DNA of 64,000 bases from Candidatus Micrarchaeota archaeon (lineage in GTDB: Archaea > Micrarchaeota > Micrarchaeia > Norongarragalinales > Norongarragalinaceae), in NCBI GenBank assembly GCA_016207165.1, contig JACQQD010000008.1:32001-96000 (forward strand). Reading direction: 5' to 3'. Each line of letters starts with the position of its first letter. Position 1 is the first letter of the stretch. A program made the translations under genes and the position numbers. Below are positions 1 to 9,711 of the stretch, piece by piece. The notes under the pieces are model-generated. The model was not told the origin of the DNA and made no database searches. It was given only the letters and a program-made list of their open reading frames with translations.

Positions 1-33
1 GTCATCGATTTCCAGCGCCAGGAAACAACGCAT
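1..33 (-). CDS. thpR: RNA 2',3'-cyclic phosphodiesterase / 2'-5' RNA ligase, N-terminus only (runs off window)
   Basis: Reverse strand from ATG at 33 reads MRCFLALEIDD, the typical MRxFxAxE start of ThpR/LigT; only 11 codons visible. Confidence 0.55.
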   Translation of the reverse strand, partial: MRCFLALEIDD

Positions 34-88
34 GCACTGGGGCTTTGGAGGCGGGTGTTTTTTAACTGGTTCGCCCACTTTTCCTCGT

Positions 89-910
89 ATGCGTTGGCTT
101 GTTTCGTTCCTGGTTTTGGCCGGGCTTTTCGGTGCCGTGTCCGCGTTGTCCCTAACGGTCTTGGATCCCGTGTTCAAGGAAGTCACGGCGTCAAGCACGT
201 TGGACTTGGGGACCGCCGGGCCCGGGCAGAAAATCGTGGTCATTGCCCAGCGCCCCAGTGGGGACTTGTCCAAGAACGCGGCCAAGCCCGGCGAGGCGCT
301 TTGGGACCGCATCCTCATCGAGCGTCTTCCGGATGGCTGGACGGCGGAGGCCTCCAAGTTGTACGAAGAGCCTTTTCAGGCGTTCGTCTCCATTGCCCCC
401 GACGCCGCGGACGGCGAGTACACGTTTTACGTGCGGGCCATGGACGAGTACGACGGACTGCCTTCGCTTTCGTTTCCCGCGAAACTGCGCGTGTCCCGCA
501 ACGTCTTTTCCGCTTCCCTGACCCAGTCGCGCCTGTCGGTGGGCGTAGAGCAGCCGGCGGTGTACTTCTTGCAGTTGCAGAACACGGGTAGTGCTTCGGA
601 CGTGTTTGACGTGGCGATCAACGGCTTGCCGGCGTCTTGGTCGGAGCCGCGCCGCGTTTTCGTTCCACACAATTCCGTGGTTAACCTCGCCTTTCCCGTC
701 ACTCCGGAAGAGGCCAACCAATACGTGTTTTCTTTCCATGCGCAGTCCCTGTCCAGCCCCCGTGTCTTTAGTGACGCGAACGCGGAACTGGTGGCGGAGA
801 CGACGCTGTTGAACGACTTGCGTGCCAGCGCCAACGGCGTGGTCTTGTTTCCCTCTCCGGTGCAGGCCGTGTATTCGTTGCTGGCGTTCTTGGCCCGCGC
901 CTTTTCGTGA
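89..910 (+). CDS. Secreted/surface protein with Ig-like (NEW3-like) domain
   Basis: Signal peptide MRWLVSFLVLAGLFGAVSA; LQNTGSASDVF..GLPASW motif; TTTTTAA TATA-like box ~25 bp upstream of ATG 89. Confidence 0.65.
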   Translation: MRWLVSFLVLAGLFGAVSALSLTVLDPVFKEVTASSTLDLGTAGPGQKIVVIAQRPSGDLSKNAAKPGEALWDRILIERLPDGWTAEASKLYEEPFQAFVSIAPDAADGEYTFYVRAMDEYDGLPSLSFPAKLRVSRNVFSASLTQSRLSVGVEQPAVYFLQLQNTGSASDVFDVAINGLPASWSEPRRVFVPHNSVVNLAFPVTPEEANQYVFSFHAQSLSSPRVFSDANAELVAETTLLNDLRASANGVVLFPSPVQAVYSLLAFLARAFS

Positions 911-916
911 ACTTCA

Positions 917-2500
917 ATGCATGCGTTGCTGACGCCGCGCCAAGCGGCGTTGTTGGAACTGGTCGACGCCCTGCAGCGCGATCCGCCGGAAAAACCCGAT
1001 GAACTGCTTTCCCTGAAAGCCGTGGTGGGCAAGCGTTATGGGTTGAAGGAAGTCATCCGCAACGCCGACATCCTGGACGCCCTTGGAAAGGACGCGTCCC
1101 CGGAACTTAAGTCGCTTCTTCGCACCCGGGCCGTTCGCTCGCTTTCCGGAGTGTCCGTGGTGGCGTTGATGATGCGTCCGGATTGGTGCCCGCACGGCAC
1201 CTGCGTGTATTGTCCTGGCGGCCCCAACACGAATTCGCCGAAAAGCTATACGGGCTTTGAGCCGGCCGCGCGCCGCGCCAAGCAGAATGACTTTGATTCC
1301 CATCGCCAAGTCCACACGCGCATCGCGCAACTGGAGGCCATTGGACATGACCCGCAGAAGTGCGAAGTGATTTTGATGGGGGGCACGTTCAACGCCCAGC
1401 CTCAAGACTACCAGGACGCGTTCGTGAAGGGCATGTACGAGTCCTTCAACCAAAAACCGGCGGGTTCGTGGCAAAAAGCCAAGGAACAGAATGCGTCGGC
1501 GCATTACCGCGTCATCGGCTTGACGTTTGAGACCAAGCCGGATTGGGCCACTCCGACGCACTTGGACGCGCTTTTGGAATACGGGGGCACGCGCGTTGAA
1601 CTGGGTATCCAGAGCTTGGATGAAGAAACCCTGGAGAAATCACACCGGGGCCACACCTTGAAGGACGGTTGGGAGGCGACGCAATACGCCAAGGACGCGT
1701 TTTTCAAGGTATGCCACCACGTCATGCCCGGCCTTTTTTCCACGCCAAAAAAGGATGTCGCCATGTTCAAGGAACTCTTTGAAGACCCGCGGTGGCGGCC
1801 GGACATGCTCAAGATTTACCCGTGCCTGGTCATTCCCGGAACCCAATTGTACGCGCTTTGGCGGCAGGGAAAATTCCAGCCGTTCACCGCGAAAGACGCC
1901 GCGGAGGCCATCGCGCGGGGTAAGGCGTTCGTGCCGGAGTACTGCCGCATCATGCGCGTGGACCGCGACATTCCGACGACCTTGATTGCCGCGGGAGTTG
2001 AGAAAAGCAATTTGCGCCAACTCGTGCACGACCGATGCACGGAGTTGGGCATCGCGTGCCGGTGCATCCGGTGCCGTGAGGCGGGCCTCAAGGCGAGGGA
2101 GGGGTTTTCGTTTGACTGGAGGGAGGTTCAACTCGTGCGCCGCGACTACCTGGCTTCGAAAGGCAAGGAAGTGTTTTTGAGTTTTGAAGCCGACGACGCG
2201 CTGCTTGGGTTCTTGCGCTTGCGTTTTCCGTTCCAACCGTGGCGTCCCGAAATCACGGAGGATGCCGCCGGGGTTCGGGAACTGCACGTGTACGGCGAAC
2301 AGTTGCCCCTGCACTTGAAGAAAAAGGACGCGGTGCAGCACCAGTCCCTTGGGAAACGCTTGCTGAGGGAGGCTGAACGCATCGCTTTCGAGGAATGGGG
2401 CTGCAAGAAATTGTTGGTCATTTCCGGTGTGGGCGTGCGGCAATACTACCAGAAACAAGGCTACTCGTTGGAAGGCGTGTACATGGCCAAAGCGTTATAG
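917..2500 (+). CDS. elp3: tRNA uridine(34) acetyltransferase Elp3 (radical SAM + GNAT)
   Basis: RSLSGV, CPHGTCVYCPGG, PKSYTGFEPA, RELHVYG, ISGVGVRQYY motifs. Confidence 0.97.
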   Translation: MHALLTPRQAALLELVDALQRDPPEKPDELLSLKAVVGKRYGLKEVIRNADILDALGKDASPELKSLLRTRAVRSLSGVSVVALMMRPDWCPHGTCVYCPGGPNTNSPKSYTGFEPAARRAKQNDFDSHRQVHTRIAQLEAIGHDPQKCEVILMGGTFNAQPQDYQDAFVKGMYESFNQKPAGSWQKAKEQNASAHYRVIGLTFETKPDWATPTHLDALLEYGGTRVELGIQSLDEETLEKSHRGHTLKDGWEATQYAKDAFFKVCHHVMPGLFSTPKKDVAMFKELFEDPRWRPDMLKIYPCLVIPGTQLYALWRQGKFQPFTAKDAAEAIARGKAFVPEYCRIMRVDRDIPTTLIAAGVEKSNLRQLVHDRCTELGIACRCIRCREAGLKAREGFSFDWREVQLVRRDYLASKGKEVFLSFEADDALLGFLRLRFPFQPWRPEITEDAAGVRELHVYGEQLPLHLKKKDAVQHQSLGKRLLREAERIAFEEWGCKKLLVISGVGVRQYYQKQGYSLEGVYMAKAL

Positions 2501-2572
2501 CAATCCCGGAAAGCGGGATTGCTATCTAGCAAAGCCAACCTATTCGTCGTGAGATTTGTTGGCTTTTCTATA
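2497..2572. repeat. Tandem pair of palindromic units (family A)
   Basis: ATAGCAATCCCG-GAAAG-CGGGATTGCTAT then TAGCAAAGCCAAC-CTATTCGTCGTGAGATTT-GTTGGCTTTTCTA; homologous to 35967, 44444 and 52131 copies. Confidence 0.85.
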
Positions 2573-2625
2573 ACCCAATGATTTTAAGCGACGTCGCCGT
2601 TTTTCTTGCCTGGGTTTAGCGTTTT

Positions 2626-3954
2626 ATGCCGTATTCCAGGGACGTTGAGGAGGGGCTGAAAAAAATCAAGGCTCAGCCCGGCGACCGCGTCCGCGTAAAA
2701 TCCAAGAAGCAGGTTTTCGAAGGCGTCTTGTTGCCCAAGCCGGAGTTGGGCGCGTCCGCGTCGAACTTGATTTTGAAGTTGGACAATGGCTACAACGTCG
2801 GCGTTTCCGCGAAGGGGGCTCGGCTGGAAAAGCGTGAGGGCTCCGTGGCCTTGGAAAAGTTTGCGGAGTGGGTGCCGGACGCGCGCTCGGAATTGCCGAA
2901 GCTGTCGTTGGTGGCCACCGGCGGCACGATTTCGACAAGGGTGGACTACCAGACCGGCGGCGTGTACATGTTGGGCGAGCCGAAGGAACTCTTGGCGAAA
3001 GTGCCGGAACTTTCGGACGTGGCCAACATCCACCGCATTGAAAGCCCGTTTCGCAAAGCCACGGAAGACATGGATCATTCCGACTGGCAACGGCTTGCCC
3101 AGGAAGTCGTCAAGGAACTCAACTCCGATTCGCAAGGCGTGATGGTGACGATGGGCACCGACATTTTGCATTACAGTGCGGCCGCATTGTCTTTTATGAT
3201 TCAAGACCAGAACAAGCCGGTGGTGTTCACGGCCGCGCAACGCTCACCGGACCGGGGTTCGTTTGACGGTGCCATGAATCTTTTGTGTGCGGCCCAGTTC
3301 GCGAAAAGCGATTGCGCGGAAGTGTCCATCGTCATGCATGGCACCAGTTCCGATGACTATTGTCTGGCGAACGTGGGAACCAAAACCCGCAAGATGCATA
3401 CTTCCAGGAGGGACGCGTTTCGGACCGTCAATGCCCAGCCGTGGGCCAAGGCGTGGCCGGACAAGCCCCCGCATTTTTTGCGCCGCGACTACAAAAAGCG
3501 AAGCGACGGCGTGGCCAAAGCGGATGTGCGTTTTGAATCCAAGGTGGCGCACGTCAAGCCGTGGCCTGGAGCCTCCGGCGAACTCATCGACTTTTTCGTG
3601 AAGAAAAAGTACCACGGCATCGTGGTGGAGGCGTGGGCGTTGGGCCACGTGCCGGCCACGGCCAAGCATTCCTGGATTCCGTCGATTCAAAACGCGGTGG
3701 AGAAAGGCGTGACGGTGTGTTTCACCAGTCAGTCTTTGTACGGCCGCGTGCATCCCTTCGTTTACGCCAACCTCCGCAAAGCCAGTTTTGCAGGAGCCCT
3801 GTACTTGGAGGACCTGTTGCCGGAAACCGCGTTTGTCAAGCTGGGCTGCGTTTTGGGCCGCACCAAGAACCCCGCCAGAATCAGGGAACTCATGTTGGCA
3901 AACCTGGCTCACGAATACAACGACCGGCTGCAGCAAGCCGACTTTCTGGGCTGA
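2626..3954 (+). CDS. gatD: Glu-tRNA(Gln) amidotransferase subunit D
   Basis: LKLDNGYNVG N-domain, TGGTI, GTD, AQRSPDRGSFD, RKMHTSRRDAF. Confidence 0.96.
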   Translation: MPYSRDVEEGLKKIKAQPGDRVRVKSKKQVFEGVLLPKPELGASASNLILKLDNGYNVGVSAKGARLEKREGSVALEKFAEWVPDARSELPKLSLVATGGTISTRVDYQTGGVYMLGEPKELLAKVPELSDVANIHRIESPFRKATEDMDHSDWQRLAQEVVKELNSDSQGVMVTMGTDILHYSAAALSFMIQDQNKPVVFTAAQRSPDRGSFDGAMNLLCAAQFAKSDCAEVSIVMHGTSSDDYCLANVGTKTRKMHTSRRDAFRTVNAQPWAKAWPDKPPHFLRRDYKKRSDGVAKADVRFESKVAHVKPWPGASGELIDFFVKKKYHGIVVEAWALGHVPATAKHSWIPSIQNAVEKGVTVCFTSQSLYGRVHPFVYANLRKASFAGALYLEDLLPETAFVKLGCVLGRTKNPARIRELMLANLAHEYNDRLQQADFLG

Positions 3955-3956
3955 CC

Positions 3957-5750
3957 ATGTTGGGTTTCAAAGCCGGTTTGGAAATACACCAACGCTTGGC
4001 CACGTCGCGCAAGCTGTTCTGTCGTTGCCCAGCGGCTGTAGGCGAAGAAGAACCGCACGGCACGCTGACGCGAAAAATCCGGGCGGTGGCGGGGGAATTG
4101 GGGCACGTTGATCCGGCGGCGGCGTTTGAGGCCGCTCGCGGCAAAACGTTTCACTACCAGCTTTTTCCCTCTTCTTCGTGTCTGGTGGAACAAGACGAGG
4201 AACCCCCGACGGAATTGAATTCGGAGGCCTTGGAGATTGTTCTGCAAGTCTCCAAAGCGTTGGGGGCTCGGGTGCTGGATGAAGTGCACGTGATGCGAAA
4301 GACCGTGGCGGATGGGTCCGCGGTGTCGGCGTTCCAGCGCACGGCTTTGGTGGCCGTGGACGGAAAGCTGGAAACGTCGCAGGGCTTTGTGGGTATTGCC
4401 ACGGTTTGCCTGGAGGAAGAAAGCGCGGGCATCGTGGAGAAGACCCTAGGCCAATCCACGTACCGGTTGGATCGCCTTGGCATTCCTTTAATTGAGATTG
4501 CCACCGATGCCACGCTGAAAAACGGGGCGCACGCGCGGGAAGTCGCGGAGAAAGTTGGGGGCCTGTTGCGATCCACGGGGCGGGTCCAGCGCGGCATTGG
4601 CTCCATTCGCCAGGACCTCAACGTCTCCATTGCGGGGGGCGCCCGGGTGGAAATCAAAGGGGCTCAGGAGTTAAGGGATGTGGCGGACTTGGTGGATTTT
4701 GAAGCCAAGCGGCAACAATCGCTTGTTGGTCTTCATGCCAGCGTCCGGCGGCGGGGTTTCTTGGGGTTGGCGTTTTCAAGGCCGGTGGACGTATCCAACG
4801 TGTTTGCCGGAGCAAAACCCTTTTTTTCCAAGCCGTTGCAGGAAGGCGCGGTGGCTTTGGCCGTCAAGTTCATGCATTTGGGCGGCTTGTTGGGCCAGGA
4901 ACTAATCCCTGATTTGCGGTTTGGCTCGGAGGTGTCTGATTACGCCAAAGCCAAGACCGGGGTCAAAGGCATCGTGCACTCGGACGAGGATCCGTCCAAG
5001 TACGGTTTGACGTCCGCGGATTTTGACACGATTTCTCTGGCTTTGGACTGCGGGTCTAACGACGCGTGGGCGGCCGTGGTCGCCCCCGAAAACGTGGCCG
5101 TCCCCGCGCTCAAGGCCGCCTTTGACCGGGCGTATCTGCTGGAAGTGCCCAAGGAGACGCGGCGCGCCGAAGGCACGGGCAGCCGCTTTATGCGCCCGCT
5201 TCCGGGCGCGGCCCGCATGTACCCCGAGACGGACGTGGTGCCCGTACCCGTCGCCGGGCGAATGCTTTCCAAAATCCCGTTGCCCAAGTCGTTGGATGAA
5301 CGCAAAGCCGATTACGTGAAGCTGGGCCTCAACACGGAACTGGCCGAGAAGATGGTGCACTCGTACGATTGGCCCCTGTTTGACCAGCTCTGCCGGCAAG
5401 CGGATCCCAAGACCGTGGCCTGGGTGCTTTTGGATGTCAAGCCGCAGTTGAGGCGCCAGGGCGTCAACGTGGAAATGCCGGACTCCCGGTGGAAGGACGT
5501 GTTGGCGCTTTACGCCGCCGGAGACGTGACGCGCGCGGCCCTGCCGGACGTGGTGCAATTCGCCGTACAGAACCCGGCCGCCGCGTTGGCGGACGGGGTG
5601 CGGGAAAAAAAATTGCAGCGGGTCACGGGCAAACCATTGGAGGTTTTGGCGGCTTTCTTGAATCATGATTTTGGGCAAATCATGCGCCTCCACCGCTTGA
5701 CGGTGGACGCTTCGGAACTCAGAACCCTGTTGGCCTCCAAACGCCCATAG
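3957..5750 (+). CDS. gatE: Glu-tRNA(Gln) amidotransferase subunit E
   Basis: GLEIHQRL..KLFC, LDRLGIPLIEIAT, RQDLNVSI, RPLPGAARMYPETD; ATG 3957 directly follows the gatD stop. Confidence 0.96.
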   Translation: MLGFKAGLEIHQRLATSRKLFCRCPAAVGEEEPHGTLTRKIRAVAGELGHVDPAAAFEAARGKTFHYQLFPSSSCLVEQDEEPPTELNSEALEIVLQVSKALGARVLDEVHVMRKTVADGSAVSAFQRTALVAVDGKLETSQGFVGIATVCLEEESAGIVEKTLGQSTYRLDRLGIPLIEIATDATLKNGAHAREVAEKVGGLLRSTGRVQRGIGSIRQDLNVSIAGGARVEIKGAQELRDVADLVDFEAKRQQSLVGLHASVRRRGFLGLAFSRPVDVSNVFAGAKPFFSKPLQEGAVALAVKFMHLGGLLGQELIPDLRFGSEVSDYAKAKTGVKGIVHSDEDPSKYGLTSADFDTISLALDCGSNDAWAAVVAPENVAVPALKAAFDRAYLLEVPKETRRAEGTGSRFMRPLPGAARMYPETDVVPVPVAGRMLSKIPLPKSLDERKADYVKLGLNTELAEKMVHSYDWPLFDQLCRQADPKTVAWVLLDVKPQLRRQGVNVEMPDSRWKDVLALYAAGDVTRAALPDVVQFAVQNPAAALADGVREKKLQRVTGKPLEVLAAFLNHDFGQIMRLHRLTVDASELRTLLASKRP

Positions 5751-5791
5751 ATTTATTTAATGCCGGCTTTGAACAATTCTTGAACCGCCTT

Positions 5792-6814
5792 ATGGAGGAC
5801 GCGTCTGGGGAAGGCTTTTCCGACCGATTCGATTCCGTCGGGGAAGGCATCAAGCGCTTTGGCGTCGGCAAACTCGTCTTGCTTCTCGTCATTCTAGCCG
5901 CGGCGCTTTGGTTTTTCGTTTTGGCGCCCAAGCCCGGCTCGCTTTCGGTGCGCGTCGTGGAAATCGACAGCGATTTGGCGTTGGAAGGCGTGCAAGTCGA
6001 CGCGATAATGCCGGACGGCGCCCGGCGGTCCAAGTTCACCGACGACGCCGGCTCCGCCTCGTTTTCCGAAGTACCCGCCCAGGCGGACGTGGCGGTCCGC
6101 GTGCTGCCGCCATCCACGCATGCTTCGGCCAGCCAGTCCGTGACGCTTTCTTCGGGCGCGTCGGATTCGCTTCGGTTTTCTTTGGGACGCAACGTCAAAC
6201 TCCAGTTGGAGTCCGACGTGACGGCGCTGTCGCTGGGTTCCGGGTGTTCGACGAACATCGAGGTGTCGGCGCGCAACAACGACGCTCAGGCCGCCGACGT
6301 GTCCCTGGTGGGTGAAGGAAAGCTGTCGGGTCTGGTCTCCTCGGAAACCGTTTTGTTGTCCGGGGGGCAAAGCCAAGTGCTCTCCGTCAAGGTCACCGCT
6401 CCCCCAGAGGAAGGCAAGGCGTCCGGCGCGTTGCGCGTGAAATTCACTAACGCGGAGGTGCCCATTTCCTTGGAGGTCACGGGTCCGGACCAGTTGGGCG
6501 TATCGCCCAACCGCTTGTCCGAGCGCGCGGCACCCGGCGAGCAACTCAAGAAGCTGTTCACCATCACCAACGAGGGCCGAAGCGGCGAAGTGCGGGACTT
6601 GAACGCCGAAGTCACCGGGGAACTTTCCGCGTACGTGCAGCCCGTGAGTTTTTCAAGTCAACAGCCGCTCAAGCCCCGCGAGCAAACGATTCTGACGATG
6701 TTCGTTGACGTGCCGAACGTCCCGAACCAGAAGGTCGTGGGCGTGCTGTTGTTGTCGTCGGCCTGCAGCCGCTTGAGCATCCCCATCGAGCTTGAAATCC
6801 GTGAACGTTCCTGA
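5792..6814 (+). CDS. Membrane-anchored surface protein (carboxypeptidase-regulatory-like and Ig-like domains)
   Basis: N-terminal TM; TDDAGSASFSEVP motif; beta-rich repeats. Confidence 0.65.
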   Translation: MEDASGEGFSDRFDSVGEGIKRFGVGKLVLLLVILAAALWFFVLAPKPGSLSVRVVEIDSDLALEGVQVDAIMPDGARRSKFTDDAGSASFSEVPAQADVAVRVLPPSTHASASQSVTLSSGASDSLRFSLGRNVKLQLESDVTALSLGSGCSTNIEVSARNNDAQAADVSLVGEGKLSGLVSSETVLLSGGQSQVLSVKVTAPPEEGKASGALRVKFTNAEVPISLEVTGPDQLGVSPNRLSERAAPGEQLKKLFTITNEGRSGEVRDLNAEVTGELSAYVQPVSFSSQQPLKPREQTILTMFVDVPNVPNQKVVGVLLLSSACSRLSIPIELEIRERS

Positions 6815-7073
6815 CGTGGCCGTCGGCGTGCTTTCCAGTCCCGTTTTTTGGTCCACGTTGTCCTTCACGTTGGCGTTGGCTTTCACGTGGTGGTTTCTTC
6901 AAGTTCCCCGCAAGTGGTGGGTCCTGGCCGTGGCAGGCGTCTGCGTGTTTTTGTTGTTTGATTTCGGCGGCCTCCCTTTTGGGCTGACGGGTTTTTTCGC
7001 CGGGATTGGTTTGCGGCTCTGGAAAGCCTCTCGACAGAAAAGAGCTCTTCCCAGGCCCCGCCGGCGCCCGTAA
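6792..7073 (+). CDS. Small integral membrane protein
   Basis: Three hydrophobic segments and basic tail; overlaps upstream stop. Confidence 0.55.
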   Translation: MKSVNVPDVAVGVLSSPVFWSTLSFTLALAFTWWFLQVPRKWWVLAVAGVCVFLLFDFGGLPFGLTGFFAGIGLRLWKASRQKRALPRPRRRP

Positions 7074-7124
7074 CGGCGCCATCGGATTGGAAGGATTTAA
7101 TACGGGTGTTGGCGTTGTTCTGCT

Positions 7125-8645
7125 ATGTCGTACTTGGACGCCTTGATGCACCAGGCCAAGGAGCCGGTTCCTTCTGAACCGTCCAAGGAAAAGCCCTCCA
7201 AGAAGGTGTTGCTGGACGCGTACGGAGACGTCAAGATCTACCGGGAGCCGGACGAACCGCTTTTGTTGTACGAAATCCAGGTGCCCCGTTACCGCGGCGA
7301 GGAAAAGCGGCTGGTGGAGGCGTTGTTGGAAATCGCGTTGAATGTCTTGCCGGTTCAGGCCTCGGCGCTGACGGCGGAAGAAAAACGCCAGCAGTATTTC
7401 CAGAAGATTTTGGAGATCATCGACGGCACGCCGGAACTCAAAGTGCCGGTCAACGCCAAGGAATTTTTCGCGAAAGCCGTGGTGCGGGAAATGGTGGGCT
7501 ACGGCCTCATTGACGACTTGACGCGGGATGACGAATTGGAGGAAATCATGGTCATCGGCAAGCAGAAACCCGTGTACGTCTACCACCGAAAATACGAGAT
7601 GATGCGCACCAACGTGGTCTTCTATGACGACGGAGACATCCGCAACCTCGCCGACCGCATCGCCCGCGCCGTGAACCGACGCGTTGACTTGCAGGCGCCG
7701 CTGTTGGATGCGCGTTTGCCGGATGGCACGCGCGTGAATGCCACCATTCCCCCCATTTCGTTGGACGGCACCACGATTACGCTTCGAAAATTCAAGAAGG
7801 ACCCGTTGACCGTCATCGACTTGATTCGGTACGGCACCATCAATTTCGACGCCGCCGCGTTTCTGTGGCTGGCCTCCGACGGCATGGGCGCTTTTCCCGC
7901 CAACGTCGTCATCTCCGGCGGCACGGCGTCCGGCAAGACCACGACGCTGAACATGTTGTCCGCGTTCGTGCCAAACAGCGAGCGCATCGTCAGCATCGAG
8001 GACACGGCGGAGCTGAATTTGCCGCTTCAGCACTGGATCCGTCTCGAAGTCCGTCCGCCGGGCTTGGAGGGCTCCGGTGAAGTGTCCATGGACGATTTGG
8101 TGAAAAACTCCATCCGCATGCGGCCGGACCGCATCATCGTCGGGGAAATCCGGGGCCAGGAAGGCTACACCATGTTTGCCGCCATGAACACCGGACACCG
8201 CGGCGTCATGGGCACCCTTCACGCCAACTCGGCCAAGGAGACGCTGGTCCGCCTGACGTCGCCGCCGATTAACGTGCCTCTGTCCATGCTTTCTTCGCTG
8301 AACCTCATCATCATGCAGAACCGCATCCACGACCGACGGAAGGGAACGATTCGCCGCATCACGGAAATCGGGGAACTGGTGCCTTCAGAGGAACTGGCCA
8401 TGCCGTCGCTTCAAATCCTGTACCAGTGGGATCCCGTACAGGACGTGCTTTCGTCCACCGGCCTCTCGTCGTTTTACCTCCAACTGCTCTCCCGGTACAC
8501 GGGCCTCTCCCAGGACGACTTGTTGCGGGAAGTCCAAGTGCGTGCGGGGGTCCTGGAACAGTTATCCAAACAAGGAATTCGGTCCTTAGAGGGTGTTTCC
8601 GACGTAACCCAGAACTATCTGGCGAAGTCGCGGTTGAAGGTGTGA
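7125..8645 (+). CDS. Type IV pilus assembly ATPase (CpaF/VirB11 family)
   Basis: Walker A GGTASGKTT, SIEDTAEL, RMRPDRIIVGEIRG, MNTGH..TLHANS. Confidence 0.96.
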   Translation: MSYLDALMHQAKEPVPSEPSKEKPSKKVLLDAYGDVKIYREPDEPLLLYEIQVPRYRGEEKRLVEALLEIALNVLPVQASALTAEEKRQQYFQKILEIIDGTPELKVPVNAKEFFAKAVVREMVGYGLIDDLTRDDELEEIMVIGKQKPVYVYHRKYEMMRTNVVFYDDGDIRNLADRIARAVNRRVDLQAPLLDARLPDGTRVNATIPPISLDGTTITLRKFKKDPLTVIDLIRYGTINFDAAAFLWLASDGMGAFPANVVISGGTASGKTTTLNMLSAFVPNSERIVSIEDTAELNLPLQHWIRLEVRPPGLEGSGEVSMDDLVKNSIRMRPDRIIVGEIRGQEGYTMFAAMNTGHRGVMGTLHANSAKETLVRLTSPPINVPLSMLSSLNLIIMQNRIHDRRKGTIRRITEIGELVPSEELAMPSLQILYQWDPVQDVLSSTGLSSFYLQLLSRYTGLSQDDLLREVQVRAGVLEQLSKQGIRSLEGVSDVTQNYLAKSRLKV

Positions 8646-8655
8646 TGTTCGGCGT

Positions 8656-9711
8656 ATGGATGAGGGTCGTCTGCAACGCATCAAGGACGCTTTGGAAGAG
8701 GCGCCGGACGAGTCGGACGTGGCTTCGACGCCGGACGTGTCGGGGTTGGCGGCCCGCTTCCGCGAAGAGTCCGGTGCACCCACCGCCCCGCAAAAGCCTT
8801 TGCTTAACTTTGACCGCGTGGCTTTCCCCAAGAAAGGCGTGTTGTCGTTCTTCGGCGGAATCTACCAGCGTTTCGGCCGCTTTTTTCGGGGTCTTTCCGA
8901 ATTCTTTTCCCGCCTGCCCATTTACTCGTCGCTGAAAGAAAACTTGGCGTGCGCGGGCATGCGCATGGAGCCGGAGAATTTTCTCGTGATTTCCGTGACG
9001 GGCGCGTTCTCGTTTGGCGCCTTGGTGTTTGCCGCCGTGGCCCTTTTGGGCGTGTTTCTGCGCGACGTGCTTTTGGGCTTGGCAGCCCCCTTTCTTGGCC
9101 TGGCGGCGTTTATCGGCGTGCTGTTGATCGCGCTGTCGTACCCTTCCATGCAGGCCAACCAGCGCGCCACGCACGTGGACCGCGTGTTGCCGTTTGCCTT
9201 GCGTCAGCTGTCCACCCAAGTCAAAGCCGGCGTGTCCTTTCACCGCGCCATGCAATCCATTGCCGCGTCCGACTACGGGTTGCTCAGCGAGGAGTTCGCC
9301 AAAGTGGCCGCGGATGTCAACCGCGGCGACACCATGGAGAATGCGTTGCTGAAAATGTCGCGTCGGACCAAGTCCCGGGGCCTGCGCAGGACCGTCACGC
9401 AACTGCTTCGATCGTTTAAAAGCGGGGGTAACCTGTCGCAGATCATTTCCGACATCGCCGACGACGTCTCCTTCGAGGTGCGCATGAGCATCCGCGACTT
9501 CACCGAGAAGCTCAACTTCATCAACGTCATCTACATCATGGTCGGCGTCGTGGCGCCGGTGACTCTGGCCATTCTGTCGGCGATCCTCCAGATTCCCTTG
9601 TTCGCCGGCAGCATCCCGCCGTTCTTGGTGTACTTTGCCTTCGTGGGCATTTTGGGCGTCATGGTCGCGATTTTGTACGCGACCAAGCGCATGGAGCCGT
9701 CGGTATGGTAA
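8656..9711 (+). CDS. Type IV pilus platform membrane protein (TadB/TadC, T2SS-F family)
   Basis: LPFALRQL..AG, YGLLSEEF, GGNLS motif; follows the ATPase. Confidence 0.9.
   Translation: MDEGRLQRIKDALEEAPDESDVASTPDVSGLAARFREESGAPTAPQKPLLNFDRVAFPKKGVLSFFGGIYQRFGRFFRGLSEFFSRLPIYSSLKENLACAGMRMEPENFLVISVTGAFSFGALVFAAVALLGVFLRDVLLGLAAPFLGLAAFIGVLLIALSYPSMQANQRATHVDRVLPFALRQLSTQVKAGVSFHRAMQSIAASDYGLLSEEFAKVAADVNRGDTMENALLKMSRRTKSRGLRRTVTQLLRSFKSGGNLSQIISDIADDVSFEVRMSIRDFTEKLNFINVIYIMVGVVAPVTLAILSAILQIPLFAGSIPPFLVYFAFVGILGVMVAILYATKRMEPSVW

Noticed and set aside
3561-3956. 132-aa N-terminal extension of GatE in the ORF track
   Set aside because: Overlaps gatD out of frame; GatE homology starts at ATG 3957.
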